Assembly: GCF_009914755.1 (NCBI RefSeq)
Contig: NC_060926.1
DNA length: 64,000 bases
Source of the DNA: the human T2T-CHM13v2.0 reference genome, Homo sapiens
Reading direction: 5' to 3' (one strand)
The notes below the pieces were generated by a model. It made no database searches. It was not told the DNA's origin and was given only the letters and a program-made list of their open reading frames with translations. Positions 30,120 through 41,900 of this stretch are shown here, piece after piece. The first letter of the stretch is position 1, and every line of letters starts with the position of its first letter. A program made the position numbers and the translations under genes.

Positions 30120-30436
30120 TTTTTTGTTTGTTTGTTTTTGTTTTGTTTTGTTTTGAGACAGAGTCTCACTCTGTTGCCCTGGCTGGAGTGCAGTGGCGCG
30201 ATCCTGGCTCACTCCAAGCTCTGCCTCCCTGGTTCACGCCATTCTCCTGCCTCAGCCTTCTGAGTAGCTGGGACTACAGGCGCCCGCCACCATGCCTGGC
30301 TAATTTTTTTGTATTTTTAGTAGAGACAGGGTTTCACCGTGTTAGCCAGGATGGTCTCGAGCTCCTGACCTCGTGATCTGCCTGCCTCAGCCTCCCAAAG
30401 TGCTGGGATTACAGGCGTGAGCCACCACACCCGGCT
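30120..30436 (-). mobile_element. AluY
   Basis: ggttcacgccattctcc, ccgtgttagccaggatggtctcga. Confidence 0.95.
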
Positions 30437-30951
30437 GGCCATTTTTTCATATGTTTGTTGGCCACGTGTTTATCTTCTTTGAGAAATGTCTCTTCATGCC
30501 CTTTGCCCACTTTTTAATGACGTCATTTTTTTCTTGCTGAGTTCTTTGAGTTCCTTGTAGATTCTTGGTATTAGTCCTTTGTTAGACGCATAATTTGCAA
30601 ATATTATCTCCCATTCTGTAGGTTGTCTGTTTACTCTGATAATTATTTCTTTTGCTGTGTAGAATATTTTTAGTTTAATTAAGTCTTATTCATTTATTTT
30701 TGTTTTTGTTGCATTTGCTTTTGGAGTCTTAGTCATAAATTCTTTGCCTAGGCCAATGTCCAGAAGAGGTTTTTCTAGGTTTTTCTTCTAGAATTTTTAA
30801 GGTTTCAGGTCTTAGATTTAAGTCTTTAATTCATCTGAAGTCAATTTTTTTATATTGTGAGGGATAGGTATCTAGTTTCATTCTTCTACATGTGGCTATC
30901 CAATTTTCCCCCACACCATTTATTGAATAGCAGTTCTTTCCCCAATTTATG

Positions 30952-31092
30952 TTTTTTGTTTGTTTGTTTGTTTTTGAGTGTTTGTTTGTTTTTGAGTTTT
31001 TGTTTGTTTGTTTTTTCATTTTGAGACTGAGTCTTGCTCTATTGCCCAGGCTGGAGTGCAGTGGCACGATCTCAGCTCACAGCAACCTCCGC
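30952..31092 (-). mobile_element. Severely 5'-truncated Alu with (TTTG)n tail
   Basis: About 70 bp of Alu 3' end ending at gcaacctccgc. Confidence 0.9.
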
Positions 31093-34000
31093 GTCTATGT
31101 TCATAAGGGGTATTGTTTTCGAGTTTTATTTTTTTGTTATGTCCTTTCCTGATTTTGGGGTTAGGGTGATACTGGTTTCATAGAATAATTTAAAGAGGAT
31201 TCCCTCTTTCTCTATCTTTTGGAACAGTGTCAATAGAATTGGTACCAATTCTTCTTTGAATGTCTGATAGCATTCAGCTGTGAATCTGTCTGGTCTTAAA
31301 CTTTTTTGTTGCTGTTGTTGGTAACTTTTTATTACCATCCCAATATCGCTGCTTGTTATTGGTCTATTCAGAGTTTCTATTTCTTCCTGTTCTCATCTAG
31401 GAGGGTTGTATACTTCCAGGAATTTATCCATCTTCTCTAGTTTTTCTAATTCATGGAAGTAAAGGTGCTTATAGTAGCCTTGAATGATCCTTTGTATTTC
31501 TGTGGTATTGGTTGTAACATCTGTTGTTTCACGTCTAATTGAATTTATTTGGATCTTCTTTCTTCTTTTCTTGGTTAATCTCACTAATAGTCTATCACTT
31601 GTATCTTTTCAAAGAACCAGCTTTTTGTTTCATTTATCTTTTGTATTTTTGTTTCTTTGTTTCAATTTTATTTAGTTCTGCTCTGATCTTGGTTATTTCT
31701 TTTCTTCTGCTGGATTTGGATTTGGTTTGTTCTTGTTTCTCTAGCTCCTTGAGGTGTTACCTGAGATTATCCGTTTGTGCTCTTTCAGACTTCTTGATGT
31801 AGGCATTTAATACTATGAACTTTCCTCTTAGAACTGCCTTTGCTGTATCCCAGAAGTTTTGATGGGTTGTATCACTATTATTGTCCAGTTCAAAAAAATT
31901 TTTAATTTCCATCTTGATTTCATTGTTAAACAAATGATCATTCAGGAGCAGTTATTTAATTTCCATATATATGCATGGCTTTGAGGGTTCCTTTTTGAAT
32001 TGATTTCCAATTTTATTCCACTATGGTCTGAGAGAGTATTTGTTATAATTTTGATTTTCTTAAATTTGTTGAGACTTGTTTTGTTGCCTATTATATGGTC
32101 TACCTTGGAGAATGTTCCACGTGCTGATAAATAGAATGTATATTCTGCAGTTGTTGAGTAGAATGTTCTGTAAATATCCGTTAAGTCCATTTATTCCAAG
32201 GTATAGTTTAAGTCCATTGTTTCTTTGTTGAATTTCTGTCTTGATGACCTGTCTAGTGCTGTCAATGGAGTATTGAAGTCCCCCACTATTATTGTGTTGC
32301 TGTCTATCTCATTTCTTAGGTCTAGTAGTAATTGTTTTTGTAAATCTGGGAGCTTCAGTGTTAGGTGCATAGGATTGTGATATTTTCCTGTGGGACTAGC
32401 CCTTTTATCATTATGTAATGTCCCTCTTTGTCTTTTTTAACGCTGTTGCTTTAAAGTTTGTTTTGTCTGATATAAGAATAACTACTCCTGCTTGCTTTTG
32501 GTATCCATTTGCATGGAAAATCTTTTTCCACCCTTTACCTTAAGTTTATGTGAGTCTTTATGTGTCAGGTGAGTCTCTTGAAGACAGCAGCTACTTGGTT
32601 GCTGAATTCTTATCCATTCTGCCATTCTGTATCTTTTAACTGGAGCATTTAGGCCATTTACATTCAATGTTAGTATTGAGATGTGAGGCACTAGTGTATT
32701 CATTGTGCTATTTGTTGCTTGATACCTTTTTTTTCCATTGTGTTGTCATTTTATAGGTGTTGTGAGATTTATGTTTTAAGAAGATTCTATTTTGGTGTAA
32801 TTTCAAGGATTTGTTTCAAGATTTAGAGCTCCTTTTAGCAGTTCTTGTAGTGCTGGCTTGGTAGTGGAAAATTCTCTCAGCATTTGTCTGAAAAACACTG
32901 TATCTTTCCTCATTTTGAAGCTTAGTTTCACTGAATACAAAATTATTGGTTGATAATTGTTTTGTTTAAGGAGGCTAAAAATAGGACACCAGTCTTTTCT
33001 AGCTTGTAGGGTTTCTGCTGAGAAATCTGCTGTTAATCTGATAGGTTTTCCTTCATAGGTTACCTGATGCTTTTGCCTCACAGCTCTTAAGGTTCTTTCT
33101 TTTACATTGACTTTAGATAACCTGATGACTATGTGCCTAGGCGATGATCCTTTTGCGATGAATGTCCCAGGTGTTCTCTGAGCTTCTTGTATTTGGATGT
33201 CTAGATCTCTAGCAAGGCTGGGGAAGTTTTCCTCAATTATTCCCTCAAATTTGTTTTCCATCCTTTTAGATTTCTCTCCTTCCTCAGGAACACCAGTTAT
33301 TCTCAGGTTTGGTCATTTAACATAATCCCAAACTTCTTGGAGGCTTTGTTCCTTTTTAAAATTCTTTTTTCTTTGTCTTTGTTAGATTGGATTAAATCAA
33401 AAGCCTTGTTTTCAAGCTCTGAAATTCTTTCTTCTACTTGTTCAATTCTCTTGCTGAGACTTTCTAGTGCATTTTGCAATTCTGTAAGTGTGTGTGTCCT
33501 TCATTTCCAGACGTTGTGATTGTTTTTTATTTACGCTATGTATTTCACAGGAGATTTTTCCATTCATATCCTGTATCTTTTTTTTTTTTATAATTTCTTT
33601 AAGTTGGATTTCACTTTTCTCTTACCTCCTTGATTCACTTACTAGTTGACTTTCTGAATTCTTTTTCTGGCAATTCAGAGATTTTGTCTTGGTTTGGATC
33701 CATTACTGGCAAGCTAGTGTGATCTTTTGGAGAGTGTTAAAGAACCTTGTTTTGTCATATTACCAGAATCACTTTTCTAGTTCCTTCTCATTTGGGTAGA
33801 CTATTTCAGAAGGAAGATCTGGGACTCAAGGGCTGCTGTTCAGATTCATTTGCCCTTCGGGAGGCTCCCATGATGTCTTTTTCTGTCCTTTCCCTTAGGG
33901 ATGGGGCTTCCTGACAGCTGAACAGTAATGAGTATTATTTCTCTTCTGGGTCTAGCCACCCAGCAGAGCTACCGGGCCCTGGGCTGGTACTAGTGAGTGT

Positions 34001-34414
34001 GTGCAAAGAGTCCTGTGATGTGATCCATCTTCAGGTCTCTCAGGCATGGATAACAGCATCTGCTCCAGTGGAGGTAGCAGGGAAGTGATATGGACTCTGT
34101 GAAGTTTCTTGGTTGTATTTTTGTTAAGTGCACTGGGTTTTTTGTGTGTGTGTTGGTTGGCCTCCAGGGAGGAGGTGGTGCTTTCAAGAGCACATCAGTT
34201 GCACTAGTATAGGGAGGATCAGGTGATGGGCAGGGCCATGGAGCACCCAAGAGATTATGTCCTTTGTCTTTGGAGTTCCTTGGTTGTCCCACAGAGCCTG
34301 CAGCAGCAATCCAACTCCTTGAAAGGGTCTGTGGATTATCTTGCTGTTGTTGCCTTATATATAATATATATATATTTTATTTTATATAAAAATAGCTGTT
34401 TTATTTTATATAAA

Positions 34415-36110
34415 AATAGCTACTCCTATCACTTGTGGTTTCCATTTGTGTAAAATATTTTTCCACCCCTTTACCTTGAGTCTATAAGAATCCTTACATG
34501 TTAGATATGCCTCCTGAATACAGCATATATTTTGTTTCTGATGTTTCATCCATTATGCCAATCTATGTCTTTTAAGTGGAGCATTTAGACCAGTTTCAAT
34601 GTTAATATTGATGCATGAGGTACTATTCCAGTCTTCATGTTGATTGTTGCTTAGTGAGTTTATTTTCTTCATTGTGTTACCATTTTTATAAGTCCTGTGA
34701 ATTTTGTGCTTTCAGGAGTTTCTATTCTGATACACATCAACCTCTTGTTTAAAGATTTATAACTCCTTTTAAGATGTCTTGTAGGGCTGGGATAGTATTG
34801 ACAAATTCCCTCTGCAGGAGCTTGCCTGATAAATACTTTGTTTATTCACTTTTTAGGAAACTTAGTTTTGGTAGGTACAAAATTCTTGGCTGAAAGTTTT
34901 TCTGTTTAAGGAGAATAAAGATAGGAACCCAATCCCTTCTGTCTTGTAAGTTTTCTGCTGAGAAGCCTGTTGTTAGTCTGATAGGTTTTCCTTTAGGAGC
35001 TACCTCTTGCTTTTGTCTCACTGCTCTTAGAATTCTTTCCTTTACATTGACTTTAGATAGCATGATAATTATATGACTTGGTGATGTCTTTTTTGCAATA
35101 AGTCTCCAAGGAGTTCTTTTTGCTTCTTGCATTTTGATATTTAAATCTCGAACAAGACCAGGGATGTTTTCCTCAATTATTCCTCCAAGTAGACTTTCCA
35201 AAGTTTTAATTTTTCTCCTCCTACAGAAGAAGAAACACCTATAAATCTTAGGTCTGGCCATTTTATATAACCGCATATTTCTTGGTGACTTTGTTCATTT
35301 ATTTTAATTCCTTTTTCTTCATTTTTGTCTGATTGGGTTAATTCAAAGCCTTGTATTCAAGCTATGAAGTTGTTTCCTCTACTTGGACAAGTCTGTTAAA
35401 ACTTTCCACTGCACTGAGTAGTTTCCTAAATGTATCTTTCATTTCCAGAAGTTCTCATTGTTTTTTCTTTAAAATACGTATATTTTAGAACATTTTTTAT
35501 TCATATTCTAAATCATTTAAAAATTTCTTTATGTTGGCTTTCATCTTTATCTTGTATCTTCTTGAGTAACTTAGTAATCAATCTTTTGAATTATTTATTT
35601 GGTATTTCAATGATTTTATCTTGGTTTGGATCCACTGCTTGAGTTAGTGTGATCTTTTGGGGGTATCATAAAACCCTGCTTTTTCATATTGCCAGAATTA
35701 TTTTTCTGGTTCCTTCTCATTTAGATAGACTATTTCTTCTAATTATTTTTAAATTTATTTTTTATTCAATTGGATTTTCTTGATTTTTCTTTTTTCCTTC
35801 TTGAGGATAGTTTATTGTCACCTAGCCTTGGCTCGGGATGCTTTCAGTTGCAAAGACTCCATATGAGTTCCTTAGATATAGAGAATGTTTGTGCAGCAGC
35901 TTTCTCAGATGCTGTTTGTAGGAGTGATGTGCTGGGTGTGTGAGCTGGTTCAATGTCTCCTGTCGGGAGTTTTCCGTCTTGTTCACAGTTTAGGATGCTG
36001 CCCGACACTTTCATCAAAAGGTCTGTGGTTTCATTCAGCTTTTCTGTTATGTTTCTGTGTTGTTTCTTGGACAAGAGTTTACTGTATGGATCTCTACACA
36101 CTATTTTGTC
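34415..36110 (-). mobile_element. Second L1 5' half (ORF2 start, ORF1, 5'UTR)
   Basis: Minus ORF 34842-35276 IIEENIPGLVRD..IRLTTGFSAENLQDRRDW is ORF1p-like. Confidence 0.88.
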
Positions 36111-36374
36111 TTTGTAAGTGGGAGATGCAGGCTAACAATGCCACCAGTCTTCCATCTTGACACATGAAAGTTTATAAAATACTTTCACATGTTCTCAAAT
36201 CTATTTATATTTATTTCAGTTGCACTGTGTTAATTAATGTGTTTATTTCCCATCCAGGCCCCTTAACAACCTATTTTATCACTCTGTCTTCAGTTTTCGT
36301 ATGTGAATGTGTGTGCAAACACACACACACACACGCGCGCCTACTCATCAAAATAATGTAGTCTTCTCATCGCT

Positions 36375-37650
36375 GTCTTTTGAAAAGAGCTAGAAGCAAT
36401 AACACCAGAGCAACAGTGCATAGCCTGAGCAGCCTTAGCAGCCAGCTAGCTTGGTTTCTAAACCCAATATTGTATTAAGAGGAAACAGGGCTCTTGGAAG
36501 AAATGGCTCTTCGAACATCTTGGACAAGGAAAGTGCAAAGAAGTTTGAGAGACCCTGTGCAAGAAAACAAGGAAATATTCAAAGACTAATAGGTACATGT
36601 CAACAGGACAATAAGGGCCAGATTGAAGAGGCTTCCATTTGCCAAATTTGAAATAATTTGAGTTTTTAAAAAATCTACAACTTTTGCAAAAATCTCTCTT
36701 AAAAGATAACATATTAACTAGAAATTGTTAATCCATAATGACATTCAAAAATAAAGACAGAAGAAAAACAGATTTTCTACCATTGCAAGTACTTATAATT
36801 CTTTACTCCTAAAATTGATAATTAAAGGGAAAACAGTAACAACTTATGTGATCCTTTTTTGAGCAGATAAAATTTATTTTCAGTTGATGTAGGAAGGCTC
36901 TTCTTTATAGAAAAATACTGGCTAACAACTATAGATAGAATGATAAAAGTTTTAAAAAGTATGTTTTCAACATCAGGCTAGGATTATTAATAAATGCCAA
37001 AACAATTTATTTAAATATTAGTAAAGTAATGTATATTTGTATAATATCAACGTATATATTTTCAATAAAAGAAGATCTAATTGTCACCATATTAACCAAA
37101 TAATAAACCAAGCATCACTTACAGTGGGAAAAACTAAGGTAACACTGATACTAATGTGATGCAATATGAAGGTCACAACATCAACTATAAAAAATGTGCC
37201 AAAAATATGTAACCTGAATAGAACCAAGCCTCTAAGCTTTTTCTGTAAATACAGGGGATAGTGGAAGAAGAGGTAGGTTACATCACTAATACAATCAGAA
37301 AAATATAAAATGTGTGCAGTCTACAATAAATGGTCCAGTTTTATTAAAAAGGGCAGACATGAATAAAAAGAGAAAAAAACTTACTACTACATATTAAATG
37401 AGATTAAAGATACAAGACATTAAAATGCAATGTACAAGTCTTGATTGGATCCTGGTTTGAAAGCAAACAATTATAAAAGGATGTATTTGGAAAACTGAAA
37501 AAATTTGGATAAGGAGTAGTTATTAGTTTATATTAGAGAATGATGGCTGCTTTTTAAAGGTATGATAATGGTATTTTGATGATATAAGAGAATGTCCTTA
37601 TTTGCAGGAAAAGCCTAATTTAGGGGTAAAGTGTGATGATATAGTCACAC
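36375..37650 (+). mobile_element. L1MC/ME 3' region
   Basis: gaaatggct..aatgcaatgt..ttgattggatcctgg..ggtatgataatggtatt..gaatgtcctta. Confidence 0.65.
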
Positions 37651-37699
37651 AACCATTGCACTTGAGCCTTTGAACAATCTAGATCCATACCAGGCTGGA

Positions 37700-38068
37700 T
37701 TACTTCCTCATCTCTGTACACACCATCGTCTTCCCTTTTCACAGTGTCTTCTATGTATATGGATGGCCAGGGTGTCCTCATTCTTCTGGAAGATGCCTGA
37801 CTATCTTTGAAGACCCTCAGCAAACCCTCTCCTATGAAGTTAGTCCTGCCTTCCTCAGGGAATGCTGATTGCTTTTTCCCATGTGATCCCAAAACATATT
37901 GAACATATTTCTGTTGTAGGATTTACTACACTGGGAACTCCTTCAAGATATGAGCTGTGTTTTATTTAACTTATTTACCTTGATAGTCTAGCCCCTTGCA
38001 GAGTGCTCAGCACTATGTGCATGGTAAGTGTAAAATGGTGAAATGCATCAAAAAATAAATGAATGACA
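37700..38068 (+). mobile_element. L2 fragment
   Basis: ctgtgttttattt..cagagtgctcagcac..aaatgaatga 3' end. Confidence 0.6.
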
Positions 38069-38141
38069 AAATTGGAGCTTCGGATGTTTGTGTGACTTAT
38101 CAATAGTAATTATAGCAGATAGTATAGTTAACAGTGAAACT

Positions 38142-38446
<305 letters not shown>

Positions 38447-38925
38447 TGAAACTGACCCAATTGTCCCATAGAGCTGATGTCTTTGAATAAACATAGAAAT
38501 TGGTCGTCCCAGTCTTAAAACTTGAGAAAGTTACTTCTGTTTTTATCTGAGTTCTTTCCTCAGGAAACCAACCATCAGGCCTCCCAGATAGTATCAAGAA
38601 GCTGAAACTCACCACATCACTGCATTTAGCCAGAACCTTCACCCATCATGACTAACTGACAACCTGCTTTCTGTTGACCAACTCCTCTTCCTTTCTCCTT
38701 CCTAACTCCTGTTTTTCCATGCATGGTTCCACTTCTTCCCTGCTATATAAACTCCTAATTTTAGTCAGTCAGGGAGATTGGTTTGAGACTGATTTCCCAT
38801 TTCCTTAGCTGCATCACCCAACTAAAGCCTTCTTCCTTGGCCATACTTGTCATCTCCATTGTTGACTTTCTGTGTGGCAAGCAGCAGGACCTAAACCAAA
38901 TCCCTGGTGTTTCAGTCACAGATTT

Positions 38926-38943
38926 TGGTTTTCTGACTGGGAA
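38926..38943 (+). promoter_or_regulatory. Primer binding site, tRNA-Glu type
   Basis: tggttttctgactgggaa vs TGGTTCCCTGACCGGGAA (complement of the tRNA-Glu 3' end), 3 mismatches, just after the 5' LTR. Confidence 0.75.
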
Positions 38944-41900
38944 TGCATTGCTTCTGGCTCAGCTACAGGGTGCTGGAAGCCTCAGAAGTTTCCTAAGCAG
39001 CTGCCTACCCAATTTTGATTGCAGATGTGTTTTAGGCTCTCTGGCCCCACTGCTGCTGGTCCCAACTCTGTTCCTGATTGCCCAGGAAGAACAGCCTTTG
39101 AAATCTGACATCTGCATTCATATAGGTGAGCGTTCTTTGTGGGCCCAGACAGCAGTATCTGCTCCTCTCAATTTGGGAATTTTTAAAGGCATTGTCATTT
39201 GCAGGTTGAACAAACCCAACTTACTGAGAGGAAAGCATACTGAGTGTTTCAGTTTGGATAATCTTGGGGGCTTGTTTGTTGTGTGTTGTGTGTATGTCTG
39301 GTCAAATCAATGTCTTTTGTGGGTACCAGACATCAGGATTAGCACCTCTTAACTTGGGAAATTCCAAGGGAATTTTTGTTTGCAGGTTGATTAAGCCCAG
39401 CTACGGAGAGTGGAAGGAAGCCCCCAGGCTGTTTCAGTTTGGACACTTGGGGCTTGTTTGTTGCTGCAGCAGTTGGAGTGTGTTCTCGTGAATGTTTGTG
39501 TGTTGATATGGTCACGGGAAATTAGAATTCAATAAACTGTTATTCTTTTGTAATACTGTTTGGCCCCAGATTCAGTGGAATCTGGAGTTTGCTGTTGAAT
39601 GGGAAAGTTGGATGGAGTTTTATGTACACAGGCTGTTATGCTGTTATTCTAAGCAAGATGAGGCCTGTGTAGTATGTAATGTTCTTCTGTAGTACTGTTT
39701 AGCCCTGGGGTGGTTTGGCCTTTAAAAATAAAACCGCCCTGGAAACTGCTTTACCCAAAATTTTCGTTCACAGCCTTCACTGTATTTTACCTATCAAGGC
39801 AAACAAAGTATAGCCCTGTGAACATGTTCATAGACTGATGAGTTTGTGTTGCTATCTCATGGCTAGAGTTCCATGGTAAAAGCTATTAGATCTTTATGTG
39901 TGTGAATACATAGATATGTTTATGTATATGTACATTTATTATGTTATATGTTGCACTTACCAAATTGGCTTATAAATAAGAGTGCCCATAAATTAAGTCC
40001 AAAATAGTTTTCAAGTTCACATGACTTAAGTAAATATTTAATAAACAAGCTGGCTTTAAAATTATTGGTAAAATAAAAGTAGAAATGTCTCCAGAATTGT
40101 CAGCATACATTTTTATCTAGGTTTTGTATTTGTTTCTGATAGATATTTTGAGGTGTCAGGGTTTGGCTCAGAAGGTTATAAAACTATAAACCCAGCCAAA
40201 ACAGAACGGTCTTTGTCTGTGAAAACTTTTTGATAAATAAGACTAATTTAATATTGTTGGTTTAATGAAAACAGCTGAATCTTCTGAGTTATTGGCGCAA
40301 ATACCTGTACAGTTAACTTTAAGTTTCTTACTTAGGTGAACATTTGATATTCACAGGTTAGAAAGTGGTTAACAAGAAAATGATGCATAAGTAATATAAA
40401 CTGCTAAAAATAAATAAAATGTAACTAGGTAGGTAAGTGCTGGGTGAACTTTATATTTCATTTAAAATCTTAAAATCATTTTTGATGCTCACTGGATGTC
40501 TGAGTCATTTCCAATTAAGAAAAGGCTATGATATGGGGAAACATGTTTCTAAAAATTTTGGAATGGTTCTCATCTATAAAATGCTAATATCTCATAGGCA
40601 GCTCAGGATTTCTTGCATCCTAGGTTTTCACCAAAATTTAAGGTTACTAGGGATAAAAATTCTAGTTAATATCTAATTCTCTATTAAAAATGTGCCAAAG
40701 AAGATGTGTTTTTATTGAGAAAAAGAATATTTTCTAATTCAGAAGTTATCTGAAGGTTAACTCCAATTATAAACTTGAAAAGGTTACTTATGAAACAAGG
40801 CAGACAGGAACCAGCAAGTAGAGGAGGGAGATGTGAAGAAAGTTATGGATATGAAGATGTATCTTTGGTAATGAAGGCTCTAAAGAAAAGAGAATAATTT
40901 TGTATAAGAATGGATCTTGTATGTATTTTTGTCCTAAAGTAAAATGACTGGTTAGTTTTAAAAAATTTAGGGCAAAGCAAAATCCAAGTCATAAACGGTC
41001 TGTGTAAGTCAAATGTAGTTTTATTTCCTGCTTCTCTATGTGTCATATTCATGCACATACAGAGAAAATAGAACACTGAAAAAGTTTAAGTAATAAAATA
41101 TTCTTTACAACCTGATAGAAAATTTGAGAAATTTGACTAATTAACACTGCTCATTGCTAAAGTTCTTAGTCTTGATGAAGATAAAATAAGAAATATTGTA
41201 AAGAAATGCATTAGCTGTTTGGCAGTTCTTGTTTAATATAGTTAAGCATGAAGCCAGATTTAGCATGGGGCCAAATTTTACATCCAAGCTTGCTTTTTTT
41301 TACACCATACTTGTTCTTCTGCATAGATAGTACTAGCATTAAAGCACTTACTGGTCATGTACCTAAGTGAATTTCTCAATTGCACAAAATATATAGTGGT
41401 ATTTGAGGACTTAAAGACCTTAAATTGTATATCAGGAACAAAATATCCATCATGTGTTTTTTTAATATTCTGGGTAACACTGTAGCCTCCAAGGTAAACT
41501 GAGTAGAGAAAAATTTGTTTTCGTTTTTTTTTTTTGTTTTTGCTTCTAACTTGTATTTATTAGCTGTTTGTTCTTTGGGTTTTACTTATATATACATATA
41601 TAACCATTGATGATTTTCGTTTCCAATGGAAGGCTTCTATTTGGTTCTATGAATAGTCATTTTTGTTTCTCATGCATTTCCAACAATTCATCATTTGTTC
41701 TGTTTATCTAAATTTCCTAAGCTACCTTTGTCAAGCTTTCAGAATTGATAATGACACAAGCCATTTAAAATTTGATTGGTTTTGCTTACCTCTGATGATC
41801 TTGAAAGCTATAAGAGCTTGAAGGTTCCTAGTGAAAAATTACATAAAACACTTACATTTAAAAGTTCTGAACAGAAATAGTACATTATATGTTTTGTTAT

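Larger units (their letters stand above)
29370..34345 (-). mobile_element. L1PB-type LINE, near full length, disrupted ORF1/ORF2
   Basis: 3' end gatagtggtgaagtct..ttttagtgcaccc; ORF2 start MNTLVPHISILTLNVNGLNAP (32482-32703); ORF1 IIEENFPSLARD..IRLTADFSAETLQAR (32803-33261). Confidence 0.92.

Noticed and set aside
32482-35276. L1 ORF1/ORF2 peptides as CDS
   Set aside because: Fragmented by stops and frameshifts; dead retrotransposon remnants
36319-36340. (CA)n(CG)n potential Z-DNA
   Set aside because: Short, common microsatellite
38783-39352. Longest ORF (189 aa)
   Set aside because: Runs across LTR U5, PBS and leader with a non-ATG start; no gag motifs; chance ORF
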